Positions 29,043 through 41,475 of a DNA stretch of 64,000 nt are shown one piece after another. A model generated the notes under the pieces. It had not been told where the DNA came from. It worked only from the letters and a program-made list of their open reading frames with translations, and ran no database searches. Source of the DNA: Caldisericales bacterium (lineage in GTDB: Bacteria > Caldisericota > Caldisericia > JAAYUI01); contig JAKIZT010000001.1 in NCBI GenBank assembly GCA_022707885.1, forward strand, positions 2,990 to 66,989, written 5' to 3'. Every line of letters begins with the position of its first letter. Positions within the stretch are counted from its first letter, which is position 1. The translations under genes were made by a program, and so were the position numbers.

Positions 29043-31106
29043 ATGGAACACACTGTAGCTTCTCTTGCCGGTTCCTGGACCCTCACTTCAATCCTCGCTG
29101 TTTTGACGATGGCCTTCCCACTTTTGGGATTCATCATCGTTGGCCTCTGCGGAAAAATAGCAAAAGAGTGGGGACCAAAGCTAGCAACAGTAACCATCTT
29201 TCTTTCGTTGATAACCTCGATTGTGGTGCTTGGGCTTGTCATCGCAAACGGGCCAGCACCAACAGTCAGCTTTGTCTGGCTCCAGTCCGGCAATCTCACA
29301 CTTGATTTTGGATTCAGGGTTGACCAGCTCTGTGCGATGATGCTTTGCGTGGTCACGCTGGTATCGTTCCTGGTTCACCTGTTCTCCCAGGACTACATGC
29401 ATGGTGATCCAGGCATTGCAAGATTTTATGCCGAACTTCAGCTCTTCACGACCGCAATGCTCGGCGTTGTTACCGCCTCAAATCTTCTCCAGCTTTTTGC
29501 CTTCTGGGAGCTGGTCGGTCTTTGCTCGTACCTTCTCATAGGTTTCTGGTTCCACAAAAGGTCTGCATACCAGGCCGCAAAAAAGGCTTTTTTTGTAACC
29601 AAGGTTGGAGATATGGGGCTATTCACGGGCATAGTAATGTGTTTCATACTCTCAAATCCGCACACGCTCAGCCTTGAGGCCCTTCCATCAGCACTCGCAT
29701 CTCTGGCCCCTGCCCTTCTCATAATAATACCACTCCTGATTTTCATGGGCGCAATGGGCAAATCTGCCCAGTTCCCGCTCCATGTCTGGCTCCCCAATGC
29801 CATGGAAGGCCCAACGCCAGTCTCCGCACTTATACACGCGGCAACGATGGTTGCGGCCGGAATATATCTTGTTGCAAGATGTATGGGATTATTCACGCTC
29901 GATCCAAGTGGAACCGCACTGAAGGTTGTCACTTATGTTGGTTCTTTCACAGCAATCTTTGCCGCAACAATAGCCACGGTGCAGGACGACATCAAAAAAG
30001 TCCTTGCCTATTCAACCATCAGCCAGCTAGGGTACATGGTCATGGCGCTGGGTTTTGGCAAATTTGGATACACGGCGGCACTCTTCCACCTCATGACCCA
30101 TGCCATGTTCAAGGGTTTGCTCTTCCTTGGCTCAGGCTCAGTTATCCACGCAACGCACACACAGAACATGCACGAAATGGGCGGATTATTCAAGAAGATG
30201 CCCATCACTGCATGGACCTTCATACTTGGCTCACTCGCCCTCGCAGGGCTATTTCCGTTCGCCGGGTTCTGGAGCAAAGACGCAATACTCGTCGGGGCAG
30301 AGGCAACCCACTCGACCATACCTCTCATTCTCGCATTGATAACGGCCTTCCTCACCCCATACTACATGACAAGATGCGTCTGGCTTACCTTCTTCGGTAA
30401 ACCCAGAAAAGAGAACCACGCCCACGAGGCCTCATGGAGGACAACCCTTCCACTAATAATCCTGGCCGTGCTTTCAGTGGTGATAGGTTTCGTCGGGGCA
30501 CCGTTCTTTGGCGAGCTCTTCCAGAGGTTCATATTCTTCCATGAGTTCGAATCCGAAGCAGTCAACTGGACACTCATTTTTGGCTCCACAGGGCTTGTTC
30601 TCGCAGGCATCTTCCTTGGGCTTGCAATCTACGCCTGGGGCTGGTTTAAAAAAGAAACACTTATCAGAATCCTCAAGCCACTTTACCTCTTCTTCAAAAA
30701 CAAGTGGTTTGTTGATGAAGCCTGGACTTTCATTGCAGTGAAGCCACTTTTCTATTTGAGTGAATTTTGCCACTGGTTTGACCGTACAGTCATTGACGGT
30801 GCAGTCAATGGAGTGGCATGGCTCTCGGTTATTCTTGGCAACATCGTTTATTGGTTCGATGCCGGGATAGTTGATGGCCTGGTCAACCTGGCCGGGTATC
30901 TGACCGTCAAGGTGTCAGAACTTGTCAAATGGTTTGATGAAAATGTCATAGATGGTGCCGTCAATGGCGTTGCTGCCTTGACTGGATTCATTGGCTCAAA
31001 GGTCAGGAAGGTGCAAACTGGCTACCTTCCAAACTACGCGACAATAATGTTTGCCTCAATAGCACTGGTATTGATACTTGTGGCATGGTTTGCCGTCCTA
31101 AATTAG
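29043..31106 (+). CDS. nuoL: NADH-quinone oxidoreductase subunit L
   Basis: An antiporter-like subunit of about 688 aa with a long C-terminal horizontal-helix region. ATG 29043 is preceded by GGAGGG. Confidence 0.9.
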   Translation: MEHTVASLAGSWTLTSILAVLTMAFPLLGFIIVGLCGKIAKEWGPKLATVTIFLSLITSIVVLGLVIANGPAPTVSFVWLQSGNLTLDFGFRVDQLCAMMLCVVTLVSFLVHLFSQDYMHGDPGIARFYAELQLFTTAMLGVVTASNLLQLFAFWELVGLCSYLLIGFWFHKRSAYQAAKKAFFVTKVGDMGLFTGIVMCFILSNPHTLSLEALPSALASLAPALLIIIPLLIFMGAMGKSAQFPLHVWLPNAMEGPTPVSALIHAATMVAAGIYLVARCMGLFTLDPSGTALKVVTYVGSFTAIFAATIATVQDDIKKVLAYSTISQLGYMVMALGFGKFGYTAALFHLMTHAMFKGLLFLGSGSVIHATHTQNMHEMGGLFKKMPITAWTFILGSLALAGLFPFAGFWSKDAILVGAEATHSTIPLILALITAFLTPYYMTRCVWLTFFGKPRKENHAHEASWRTTLPLIILAVLSVVIGFVGAPFFGELFQRFIFFHEFESEAVNWTLIFGSTGLVLAGIFLGLAIYAWGWFKKETLIRILKPLYLFFKNKWFVDEAWTFIAVKPLFYLSEFCHWFDRTVIDGAVNGVAWLSVILGNIVYWFDAGIVDGLVNLAGYLTVKVSELVKWFDENVIDGAVNGVAALTGFIGSKVRKVQTGYLPNYATIMFASIALVLILVAWFAVLN

Positions 31107-31115
31107 GAGGAATGA

Positions 31116-32606
31116 ATGGAATTCAATGGATTGCTAACGATCGTAACGTTTCTTCCGCTCCTCGGTTCGCTCTTGCTTCTGCTCTTCCCGAAAAAATGGG
31201 CAGGCTGGATCAAATGGACCGCTCTTGGATTCACAGCACTTAACCTCATCATTTCGATATTCATCTGGACACAGTTCAAGACCTCAGTTCCTGGCTTCCA
31301 GCTGATCGACAAGGTGCCATGGGTTGAAAGTGTTGGCATTACGTATTTCTTTGGTGTCGATGGCATGTCAATGCTCATGCTATTCCTCACAACCCTCCTT
31401 TCGTTCGTGGCCTGCCTTGCATCGTTCAACATCGACCACAGAAACAAGGAATATTATTCACTGTTCCTGCTCCTGGAGACCGGCCTTATAGGCGTCTTTG
31501 TTTCACTCGACCTGGTCCTCTTCTATGTGTTCTGGGAACTCGTGCTTGTGCCGATGTACTTCCTGATCGGCATCTGGGGTGGCCCCAGAAAGCTCTACGC
31601 ATCAATCAAGTTCTTCATCTACACTTTGGTTGGCTCCCTGTTCATGCTGGTCGGTGTGCTTGCAATATATTTTGCTTCCGGACAGAACACATTCTCGATA
31701 CCACAGTTGATCGAGACAAGCGCCAACCTGAGAGGGTGGGCCCTCGGGCTCCCAGTATTTGGAGCACTCTTCCTCGGCTTTGCAATCAAGGTGCCATCCT
31801 TCCCGTTCCACACCTGGCTTCCTGATGCACACGTCGAAGCACCGGCCCCAATATCAATTCTCCTCGCTGGCGTCCTGCTTAAGATGGGAGGCTACGGCCT
31901 CATCCGCATCGGAGTGGGAATCATGCCGTATGCCGCAACATGGTGGGCAGACATCATCGGTATCCTTGGGGTAATAGGCATCGTTTATGGAGCCTTCTGC
32001 TCGCTTGTCCAGAAAGACCTCAAAAAACTTGTTGCATACACCTCTGTGAACCACATGGGTTTTGTCCTCCTGGCTGTAGCGGCATTCCTCAAAACAGGTG
32101 CTGTGGCTGCTCTCCAGGGCGCCGTGCTCGTAATGTTCAACCACGGTATCACAACAGGCCTCCTCTTCCTTTTGGTCGGCTATATCTATGACAGGACCCA
32201 CACAAGGGAAATTGCAAAACTCCCCGGAATGGCATCGATTATTCCAATCATCTCGATAATGCTTATCATTGCATCATTTGCATCAATCGGACTGCCAGCC
32301 CTCGCTGGTTTTGTCAGTGAGTTCCTTTCAATGACTGCGGCATATCAGGCAGTCAACTGGTGGGCCTGGGTTTCCGTTGTCGGAATGATCATAAACGGTG
32401 GTGTCATGCTCTGGATGATGCAGAGGGTATTGTTCGGCACTGTTGCAGACCCGCATTTCAAGGAGCTCAGGGACGCAAGTTTCAGGGAATTCTTTGCCGC
32501 AACCCCGCTTCTTGGGTTCATATTCTTCATTGGAATATTCCCGATGCCGCTCCTCAATATGATACAACACGCAATCACCACACTGCCAACGCTTCCAATA
32601 GTTTAA
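31116..32606 (+). CDS. nuoM: NADH-quinone oxidoreductase subunit M
   Basis: A 496-aa antiporter-like subunit with the ND4 pattern FPFHTWLPDAHVEAP. Confidence 0.9.
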   Translation: MEFNGLLTIVTFLPLLGSLLLLLFPKKWAGWIKWTALGFTALNLIISIFIWTQFKTSVPGFQLIDKVPWVESVGITYFFGVDGMSMLMLFLTTLLSFVACLASFNIDHRNKEYYSLFLLLETGLIGVFVSLDLVLFYVFWELVLVPMYFLIGIWGGPRKLYASIKFFIYTLVGSLFMLVGVLAIYFASGQNTFSIPQLIETSANLRGWALGLPVFGALFLGFAIKVPSFPFHTWLPDAHVEAPAPISILLAGVLLKMGGYGLIRIGVGIMPYAATWWADIIGILGVIGIVYGAFCSLVQKDLKKLVAYTSVNHMGFVLLAVAAFLKTGAVAALQGAVLVMFNHGITTGLLFLLVGYIYDRTHTREIAKLPGMASIIPIISIMLIIASFASIGLPALAGFVSEFLSMTAAYQAVNWWAWVSVVGMIINGGVMLWMMQRVLFGTVADPHFKELRDASFREFFAATPLLGFIFFIGIFPMPLLNMIQHAITTLPTLPIV

Positions 32607-32615
32607 GGAGACGAG

Positions 32616-34070
32616 ATGAACTTTGCTTCATTTTATCCAGAGATGGTCCTTCTTGTCGGGGCCTGCATAATACTCCTCCTGTCGGTATTCAAGTTCGCGC
32701 TAAGGAAGTATGTGCTTGGCTTGTTGGCTATCCTGACTGTTGTGATCTCGTTTATTGTCATGCAGGCTGTTCCAGGAATCAGGGAACCAGCAGGCAACCT
32801 CTTTGTGCAAAACGATTTCTCCAATTTTGCCAGGGGACTGCTTCTGGTCATCTCCGTGCCAATACTGATCTCCTCACTTGACATGTTCAACGATGCTTCG
32901 AAACGTCAGGGAGAATTCGTGTTCCTCATGCTCATCTCCGTCACCGGCCTGATGCTTCTGGTCCAGTCGTCACACATGCTCTCGCTCTATTTGGGTATAG
33001 AGCTGTCTTCAATACCTCTATACATGCTGGCAGGCCTGAAATCACACAATCCCAAATCAAAAGAGGCTGTTGTAAAATACTTCCTGCTTGGAGCATTTGC
33101 TTCTGCAATGACAATCTATGGAATATCCCTCATCTACACAACAGCAGGCACATTCAGTTTTGTAGAGCTTTTCAACAACATAAAGGGCACTCCGCTCGAG
33201 ATGGCTGGTTTTATATTCGTACTCGCCGGCCTTTCTTTCAAAATAGCGGCAGTTCCGTTCCATTTCTGGGCACCGGATGTTTATGAAGGTTCGCCACCAA
33301 TATCGACCGCCTTCATCTCTGTTGCCCCAAAAATTGGTGCCCTGATAGTCCTTTCAAGATTCATATCAATGGGCATCAACCCGGCGGCAAGCGACAATTT
33401 CGCCAATCTGGTAAAATGGTCAATAGCTGCCATCTCCGCACTCTCCATGACGTATGGCAACCTCACCGCGATCTGGCAGACCGAAGTAAAAAGAATCATG
33501 GCCTACAGCTCAATTGCGCAGATAGGCTACATGCTCATAGGTATTGTCGTAATAGCGTTTTCTCCTGAAGCAGTAATCAGGTCAGAGGGCGCCAGGGGCA
33601 TACTTATGTATGTTACCGCCTATGCGCTCATGAACATCGCAGTGTTTTCTGTAATCAAAGTTGTAGAGGCAAGAAGGGGTGGAACAACCCTGAATCACTT
33701 CAAGGGATTGAGCAAAACGGACCCCGGTCTGGCACTTGCAATGACGGTCTCGCTTGTCTCGCTCCTTGGCATTCCGTTTGCCGCAGGGTTCTTCGGCAAA
33801 CTGCTTATTTTTACCGCCGGCGTCTCGGCGGGCCTCTACTGGCTTGTGGTTCTTGCGGTCATAAACTCTGCCATCTCGGCATTCTATTATTTTGGCATCG
33901 TAAAGAACATGTATTTTGAGGCGCCAGACCAGGAATGTCTGAGAACAGAAACCAAACCAGGATTTTCTTTTGCCTATCTTGTGGCAGTTATATGCTCGGT
34001 TTTAACACTCGTGATTGGCCTTTTGCCATGGATTTACCAGCTCATTGCAAAAGCTAGCGAATCACTCTAA
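32616..34070 (+). CDS. nuoN: NADH-quinone oxidoreductase subunit N
   Basis: A 484-aa antiporter-like subunit with the ND2 pattern FHFWAPDVYEGSPP. Confidence 0.9.
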   Translation: MNFASFYPEMVLLVGACIILLLSVFKFALRKYVLGLLAILTVVISFIVMQAVPGIREPAGNLFVQNDFSNFARGLLLVISVPILISSLDMFNDASKRQGEFVFLMLISVTGLMLLVQSSHMLSLYLGIELSSIPLYMLAGLKSHNPKSKEAVVKYFLLGAFASAMTIYGISLIYTTAGTFSFVELFNNIKGTPLEMAGFIFVLAGLSFKIAAVPFHFWAPDVYEGSPPISTAFISVAPKIGALIVLSRFISMGINPAASDNFANLVKWSIAAISALSMTYGNLTAIWQTEVKRIMAYSSIAQIGYMLIGIVVIAFSPEAVIRSEGARGILMYVTAYALMNIAVFSVIKVVEARRGGTTLNHFKGLSKTDPGLALAMTVSLVSLLGIPFAAGFFGKLLIFTAGVSAGLYWLVVLAVINSAISAFYYFGIVKNMYFEAPDQECLRTETKPGFSFAYLVAVICSVLTLVIGLLPWIYQLIAKASESL

Positions 34071-34107
34071 GGAGAGAACATTGAGGGCAGGAAAGATATT
34101 TGCTGAG

Positions 34108-34290
34108 ATGATAAAAGCAAGGGCCCTTGGTCTGACAATCGTCTTCATGCTCATCATGCCCATTGCCCTTGGCGGCGTGGCTGGTTTTTTTCTAGACAAA
34201 GCGCTTGGGACAATGCCAATATTCTTCCTGATCCTGATATGTATGGGCCTCGTTGCTTCTGCTAGAACTGCCCTTAAGTTCAAACTATGA
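34108..34290 (+). CDS. atpZ: AtpZ-like small membrane protein (ATP synthase gene 1 family)
   Basis: A 60-aa, 2-TM protein (MIKARALGLTIVFMLIMPIALGGVAGFFLDKALG...) upstream of atpI and atpB. Confidence 0.45.
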   Translation: MIKARALGLTIVFMLIMPIALGGVAGFFLDKALGTMPIFFLILICMGLVASARTALKFKL

Positions 34291-34565
34291 AAACAGTATT
34301 AGAGATAATAGGCGGAGCGATCTGGGGCTGTGGCCTCGGATTCGCATGGTTCCACCTCCTTTACCTGCAAACGCAAAAGTCATTCATGAAAGGCCAGACG
34401 GTTATTACAAACCCGCTGAGGCTCCTCATTGCCGCGCTGGCACTTTTTGCCCCAGTTTTACTTGGTTTTTATGTTTTGTTAGCATCTTTTGGTGGCTTTG
34501 CGCTTGGTTTTGGTCTATGGTGGATATGGTTTACAAAGTTTAAACGCGGAGGCAAAAATGGCTGA
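34287..34565 (+). CDS. atpI: ATP synthase protein I-like membrane protein
   Basis: A 92-aa hydrophobic protein between atpZ and atpB. It is linked by an ATGA overlap. Confidence 0.45.
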   Translation: MKTVLEIIGGAIWGCGLGFAWFHLLYLQTQKSFMKGQTVITNPLRLLIAALALFAPVLLGFYVLLASFGGFALGFGLWWIWFTKFKRGGKNG

Positions 34566-35394
34566 AGTGGTGAAAAAGAAAAAAACTCCCCTGCTCAGGA
34601 AAAAAAGCTTCTGGATCGCATTATTTTTTGTGGCTGCCTATGCCTGCGTAATGTTTTTGGTCCCAGCTTCCTCACACCCTCACAAGATTGAAGTTGGCCC
34701 ACAGCAGACAACCTTCTCACTTTTTGGATCACCCCTGTCAAACACGTTTTTTGCACTGCTCCTTGCGACTGTGATATTCTCCACAATCATCATAGTTATT
34801 GGATCAGGGGTCAAAAAGCCAGGATCAAAAAGGGCTATCCTCGCAGAAATGGTTGTTGTCACAACACAAAATTTTGCCGAGAGTATCCTTGGACACGAAG
34901 GTAAAGGCTATGAGGTGGCAGTGTGCGCATTCTTTGGCTACATCCTCATTTCAAACCTTCTGGGCATCGTCTCCTCACTGTTCATTCCTTTTTATGGCAT
35001 TTCGCAAAATTTCAAGATGGTCATCGCACCAACAACTGACCTTATGGTGACTACTGGTTTTGCCCTAACGGCAATTTCCTACTACCACGGCCAGTACATG
35101 AAGGTAAAAGGCATTGGACCATACTTGAAACATTATGTAAAACCTTATGTATTTATGTTGCCAATCAACATCCTTGAAGAAATCAGCCGTCCGCTTTCAC
35201 TGGCTGTCCGTCTTTTTGGAAACCTGACTGGCGAGCACATAGTTCTTGAAGTAATTTCTTCTCTTGTGGCTTTTGTTGTCCCTATCGTCATCTTGGGACT
35301 CGGATTGTTCACCGGAGCTGTCCAGGCACTGGTATTTACCATGTTGTTCCTGGTTTATCTGCAACCTGCAGTAACTTCTAAAGGGGGTCACTAA
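34558..35394 (+). CDS. atpB: F0F1 ATP synthase subunit a
   Basis: The motif [17 protein letters not shown] contains the essential Arg. The start is at ATG 34558 (MAEVVKKKK...). Confidence 0.9.
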   Translation: MAEVVKKKKTPLLRKKSFWIALFFVAAYACVMFLVPASSHPHKIEVGPQQTTFSLFGSPLSNTFFALLLATVIFSTIIIVIGSGVKKPGSKRAILAEMVVVTTQNFAESILGHEGKGYEVAVCAFFGYILISNLLGIVSSLFIPFYGISQNFKMVIAPTTDLMVTTGFALTAISYYHGQYMKVKGIGPYLKHYVKPYVFMLPINILEEISRPLSLAVRLFGNLTGEHIVLEVISSLVAFVVPIVILGLGLFTGAVQALVFTMLFLVYLQPAVTSKGGH

Positions 35395-35396
35395 CA

Positions 35397-35660
35397 ATGG
35401 ACGCAAACACAAGCATGGTTTGGTTAATCAAGGTTGTTTCGGTCTTCTCCGCATCTTTCGCAATCGCGATCGCAGCATTCGGAGGAGCCCAGGGACAGGG
35501 CAAAGCAGCCGCAGCCGCAGCCGACGCCATCGCAAGGCAGCCTGAGGCAGGAGACAGGATATTTACAACCCTGATCCTTTCACTGGCCCTCATAGAGTCG
35601 CTCGTAATTTACGCCCTTGCAGTAGCGCTGGTCCTTATTTTCGCAAACCCGCTTATATAA
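35397..35660 (+). CDS. atpE: F0F1 ATP synthase subunit c
   Basis: An 87-aa hairpin protein with a conserved carboxylate in helix 2 ([10 protein letters not shown]). Confidence 0.9.
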   Translation: MDANTSMVWLIKVVSVFSASFAIAIAAFGGAQGQGKAAAAAADAIARQPEAGDRIFTTLILSLALIESLVIYALAVALVLIFANPLI

Positions 35661-35673
35661 GCAGGTGGGCACA

Positions 35674-36501
35674 ATGAATTATCTGCTAGCTAGTGCCGCC
35701 CAAGCGGCAAATGAAGTTGCAAAAGAGGCTTCTTCATCTCTTATCCAGATCGACTGGCGAACCCTGCTTTTTGCAATACTCAATCTCTCCCTCCTTTTCA
35801 TCGTCCTCTGGACTTTCCTTTACAAACCAGTAAAGAAGATGATGGAAGACAGAAAAAAAGCTGCCTCCTCGGTAATTGATGATGCAAAGAAGCTCCAGGA
35901 AGAAGCAAAGTCAAGCCTTGAAAATGCCAAAAAACAGAAGAGCGATGCGGCCGAAGAGTCAAGAAAGATAACATCTGAATCTGTCCAGACCGCCGAAGCG
36001 ATAAGGGAAGAAATAATTGGCAAGGCAAGGGAAGACGCCAAATCCATAATCAGGATCGCAGAAGAAGAGGCAAAGGGCGAACGTGAGATAACCGAGCAGG
36101 ATCTGAAGAGCCGCTCGAAAAAAATTATTGTCCAGGCTTCAAGACAGGTCATGAAACAGGTCTTCGACAATGGCATGACCGGAGCCTACACAAAACACAT
36201 CATCTCCGAGCTGCCAAAACTCACGGTTTGCGACATCCATTCACACAAGCTCAATCTTTGCGATGCACTCTCCCAGGCAGGCAAGGTATCAAGGATCGTC
36301 ATCGAGTCGGCAACTGAAATGTCAGAAGTGGACAAAAAGGCAGTTTCAGATTTCGTCCTCGGCTTTGTGAAGAACGGCGCCAAGGTTGAATTTATCATAA
36401 AACCAGAGCTCATTTCCGGCCTCAGGATAGTCTTTGGCGACACCATATTTGATTCCTCAATCTCAAGGATGGTTGAAACCACCATCGAAGACTTGAGGTG
36501 A
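35674..36501 (+). CDS. atpFH: F0F1 ATP synthase subunit b fused to subunit delta (OSCP)
   Basis: The N-terminal part is a TM helix plus charged coiled-coil, as in subunit b. The C-terminal ~130 aa end with [25 protein letters not shown], which is typical of the delta C terminus. There is no separate atpH gene between b and alpha. Confidence 0.75.
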   Translation: MNYLLASAAQAANEVAKEASSSLIQIDWRTLLFAILNLSLLFIVLWTFLYKPVKKMMEDRKKAASSVIDDAKKLQEEAKSSLENAKKQKSDAAEESRKITSESVQTAEAIREEIIGKAREDAKSIIRIAEEEAKGEREITEQDLKSRSKKIIVQASRQVMKQVFDNGMTGAYTKHIISELPKLTVCDIHSHKLNLCDALSQAGKVSRIVIESATEMSEVDKKAVSDFVLGFVKNGAKVEFIIKPELISGLRIVFGDTIFDSSISRMVETTIEDLR

Positions 36502-36505
36502 TCCT

Positions 36506-38014
36506 ATGCCCGAGATACTAGACGAGATAATCAACACCTGGCAAGCCTCTTTTGAGGCAAAGCCTTTCATCCCGGTAATTGAAAATGCCGGTTCGGTCAG
36601 CGAAGTTGGTGATGGTGTTGCCCTTGTAAGGGGGCTCTCTGATGCCTTCATCAGCGAGGTGTTGAGTTTTGAAGGTGGCATCGAAGGTTTCGTACTTTCG
36701 CTTGCCCCTGATTACGTCGGAGTCGTTTTGCTCGGTGAAGACAAATATGTCAGGGAAGGGGACAGGGTATCAAGGACCGGAAGGCTCCTCTCAATTCCTT
36801 ACACCCAAAACCTGATTGGTCGTGTAATCGACCCCCTTGGCAATCCGATTGACGGAAAGCCGGCTCCAAAATCAATAAAATTCCTCCCACTTGAAACAAA
36901 GGCCCCATCGGTAATCGAGAGGGAGCCAGTCCACCAGCCAATGCAAACCGGCATCAAAACCATCGATGCCCTTTTCCCGATCGGCAGGGGACAGCGTGAG
37001 CTCATCATCGGCGACAGGCAAACAGGAAAAACCGCCATCGCCATCGACACAATCCTGAACCAGAAGGACGAAAATGTAATTTGCATCTATGTTGGAATTG
37101 CACAGAAATCGTCCACCATGGCAGGAATTGTCAAAACACTGCGTGATTATGGCGCACTCGATTACACCCTCGTCGTCACAACCCTTGCAGACCAGTCACC
37201 GGCAACCAGGTATATAGCTCCCTATGTAGGTTGCGCAATTGGCGAAGAGTTGATGCGCTCCGGCAAGCACGTCCTGATAATCTACGATGATCTCTCAAAA
37301 CATGCCGACGCCTACAGGGAACTTGCACTGCTCCTTAGACGTCCACCAGGGCGTGAGGCATATCCGGGAGATATTTTCTACCTGCACTCAAGGCTCCTCG
37401 AGCGTGCTGCAAAACTCCACAAAGACCTTGGCGGTGGTTCCATGACCGCCCTACCTATAATCGAAACCCAGGCCGGCGATGTTTCGCAATACATTCCAAC
37501 CAATCTTATATCCATCACCGATGGCCAGATATACCTTGAGAAAGAGCTTTTCCACGAGGGCATAAGGCCAGCCGTAAACGTCGGTCTTTCCGTTTCCCGT
37601 GTTGGCGGAAACGCACAGATCCCAACCATGAAAAAGGTCGGCGGTTCACTCAAACTGGACCTCTCGCAGTATAACGACCTCAAGGCATTCGCCCAGTTTG
37701 GCGCAGAGCTTGACCCGGTAACCCAAAAGAAACTCCAGAGGGGTGAAAAGCTCGTCGAACTGCTTAAACAGCCACAATACAGCCCGATGCACGTAGGCCA
37801 GCAGGTATTTATTCTTGGTGCCTACTCGCTTGGTGCACTGGATGACATAAGAAAAGACAGGGTCCAGGAGTTCGAGCGTATCCTTGTTGAGGAAGCAAAA
37901 AGATTCAGGCCTGATCTCCTTAAGGAACTCTCAATGGCACCAAAACTGACTGATGCGCACAAGGAAGGGATATCCAAACTTGTGCAGTCTGTATCATCCA
38001 CCTTTGGGAGCTGA
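36506..38014 (+). CDS. atpA: F0F1 ATP synthase subunit alpha
   Basis: The P-loop GDRQTGKTA is present in a 502-aa protein. Confidence 0.95.
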   Translation: MPEILDEIINTWQASFEAKPFIPVIENAGSVSEVGDGVALVRGLSDAFISEVLSFEGGIEGFVLSLAPDYVGVVLLGEDKYVREGDRVSRTGRLLSIPYTQNLIGRVIDPLGNPIDGKPAPKSIKFLPLETKAPSVIEREPVHQPMQTGIKTIDALFPIGRGQRELIIGDRQTGKTAIAIDTILNQKDENVICIYVGIAQKSSTMAGIVKTLRDYGALDYTLVVTTLADQSPATRYIAPYVGCAIGEELMRSGKHVLIIYDDLSKHADAYRELALLLRRPPGREAYPGDIFYLHSRLLERAAKLHKDLGGGSMTALPIIETQAGDVSQYIPTNLISITDGQIYLEKELFHEGIRPAVNVGLSVSRVGGNAQIPTMKKVGGSLKLDLSQYNDLKAFAQFGAELDPVTQKKLQRGEKLVELLKQPQYSPMHVGQQVFILGAYSLGALDDIRKDRVQEFERILVEEAKRFRPDLLKELSMAPKLTDAHKEGISKLVQSVSSTFGS

Positions 38015-38016
38015 GC

Positions 38017-40330
<2,314 letters not shown>

Positions 40331-40591
40331 GTGGACCAGCTAAACATCACCATCATAACACCGGAATCAAGGGAAGAAAAGCTTGTTGCAACCTCAATTA
40401 TCGTCCCCCTGGAAGATGGCTATTGGGGCATCCTCCCAAAACACATCAACATGGTTGCAACCCTGAAATCCGGCAAAATAACAGCAAAAACTGCAAAAGG
40501 TGATTCGGTTTACAATGTTTCTGATGGATGGATTGAGGTGTTCCACGACAAAATCATCATACTGACCACCGATTTCAAGAAGGTGCAATGA
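40331..40591 (+). CDS. atpC: F0F1 ATP synthase subunit epsilon, short form (beta-sandwich domain only)
   Basis: The 86-aa product (LNITIITPE...GILPKH) lacks the C-terminal helical hairpin. Confidence 0.8.
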   Translation: MDQLNITIITPESREEKLVATSIIVPLEDGYWGILPKHINMVATLKSGKITAKTAKGDSVYNVSDGWIEVFHDKIIILTTDFKKVQ

Positions 40592-41475
40592 GAAAGGCCA
40601 TTATTGCAGGCCTTCTGATTGCCATCTCAATCTGGCATCCGGTTTTTGCATCAAGCACCAATTCAAAAGACCACGAAAGGCCCCAAGGCCTCTTGTGGTC
40701 TTTTCACATTGATAACGAACTAAAAGATGGCTGGTTCAACACCGAGATGAGAATAGTGGAGGATAGTGCCAGAAACCAGTATTACATCCAGGTATACAGC
40801 AGGCTCACCGGAGTGGAGGAGCAAAAACTCGTCTGCTACTGGATGTTCCACGAGACAGCAGAACCTGTCGGAGAAATTGCTCAAACGCGAAGGATAAACT
40901 TTCACTGGCTCTGGTTTGCCTCCACAAATGATTCCAGAAAAGAGTGGTTTGAAAAAGGAAGTAGGCCCGGCCCCATTTCAATCCTTCGCTCCATGTCCCC
41001 CTTTGACAGGACAATCATGATGCTGGACATCAAAGACAAAACGATGGTCAATGTTCTTTCCCTGCCAGAGCACATAACACCATGGATTATTGACGATCTG
41101 GACAAAAACGGAACTTATGAGCTTGTTTGTGCCGACAGGTCATGGGCAGGCAAATTCGATACCAGTTTTGTCCCATCTGCGCTGGTTGTTTATTCCATGA
41201 AGAACGGCAAATTTGTTGATTCAACACCAGACTATCCGGATGCCACAAAACAGTGGGACGATGCACTGGCAAAAACGGTTTCCGAGTCAAAAGATGATTT
41301 CAGGACAGAGTTTTGCATCAGTCTGGCGCAATCCCTGAAAACCCACGGACACAAAGACCCGATATCAATTGTTGAGCCGTTGATTAAAGACGGCGCCGGA
41401 TATACAAATGACAAAAGCAGGCAAAGAGCATTGAAGGAACTGGAAACCATAAGGAGCATGCTCGGTGAGAGATGA
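40588..41475 (+). CDS. Hypothetical secreted/lipoprotein-like protein
   Basis: An N-terminal signal peptide (MRKAIIAGLLIAISIWHPVFASS) is present. No recognisable motif. Confidence 0.4.
   Translation: MRKAIIAGLLIAISIWHPVFASSTNSKDHERPQGLLWSFHIDNELKDGWFNTEMRIVEDSARNQYYIQVYSRLTGVEEQKLVCYWMFHETAEPVGEIAQTRRINFHWLWFASTNDSRKEWFEKGSRPGPISILRSMSPFDRTIMMLDIKDKTMVNVLSLPEHITPWIIDDLDKNGTYELVCADRSWAGKFDTSFVPSALVVYSMKNGKFVDSTPDYPDATKQWDDALAKTVSESKDDFRTEFCISLAQSLKTHGHKDPISIVEPLIKDGAGYTNDKSRQRALKELETIRSMLGER

Noticed and set aside
29879-30400. 173-aa alternate-frame plus-strand ORF inside nuoL. The same applies to 32360..32881 inside nuoM/nuoN.
   Set aside because: They are frame-shifted relative to conserved antiporter-subunit sequences, and their Arg/His-rich translations are characteristic of out-of-frame reading.
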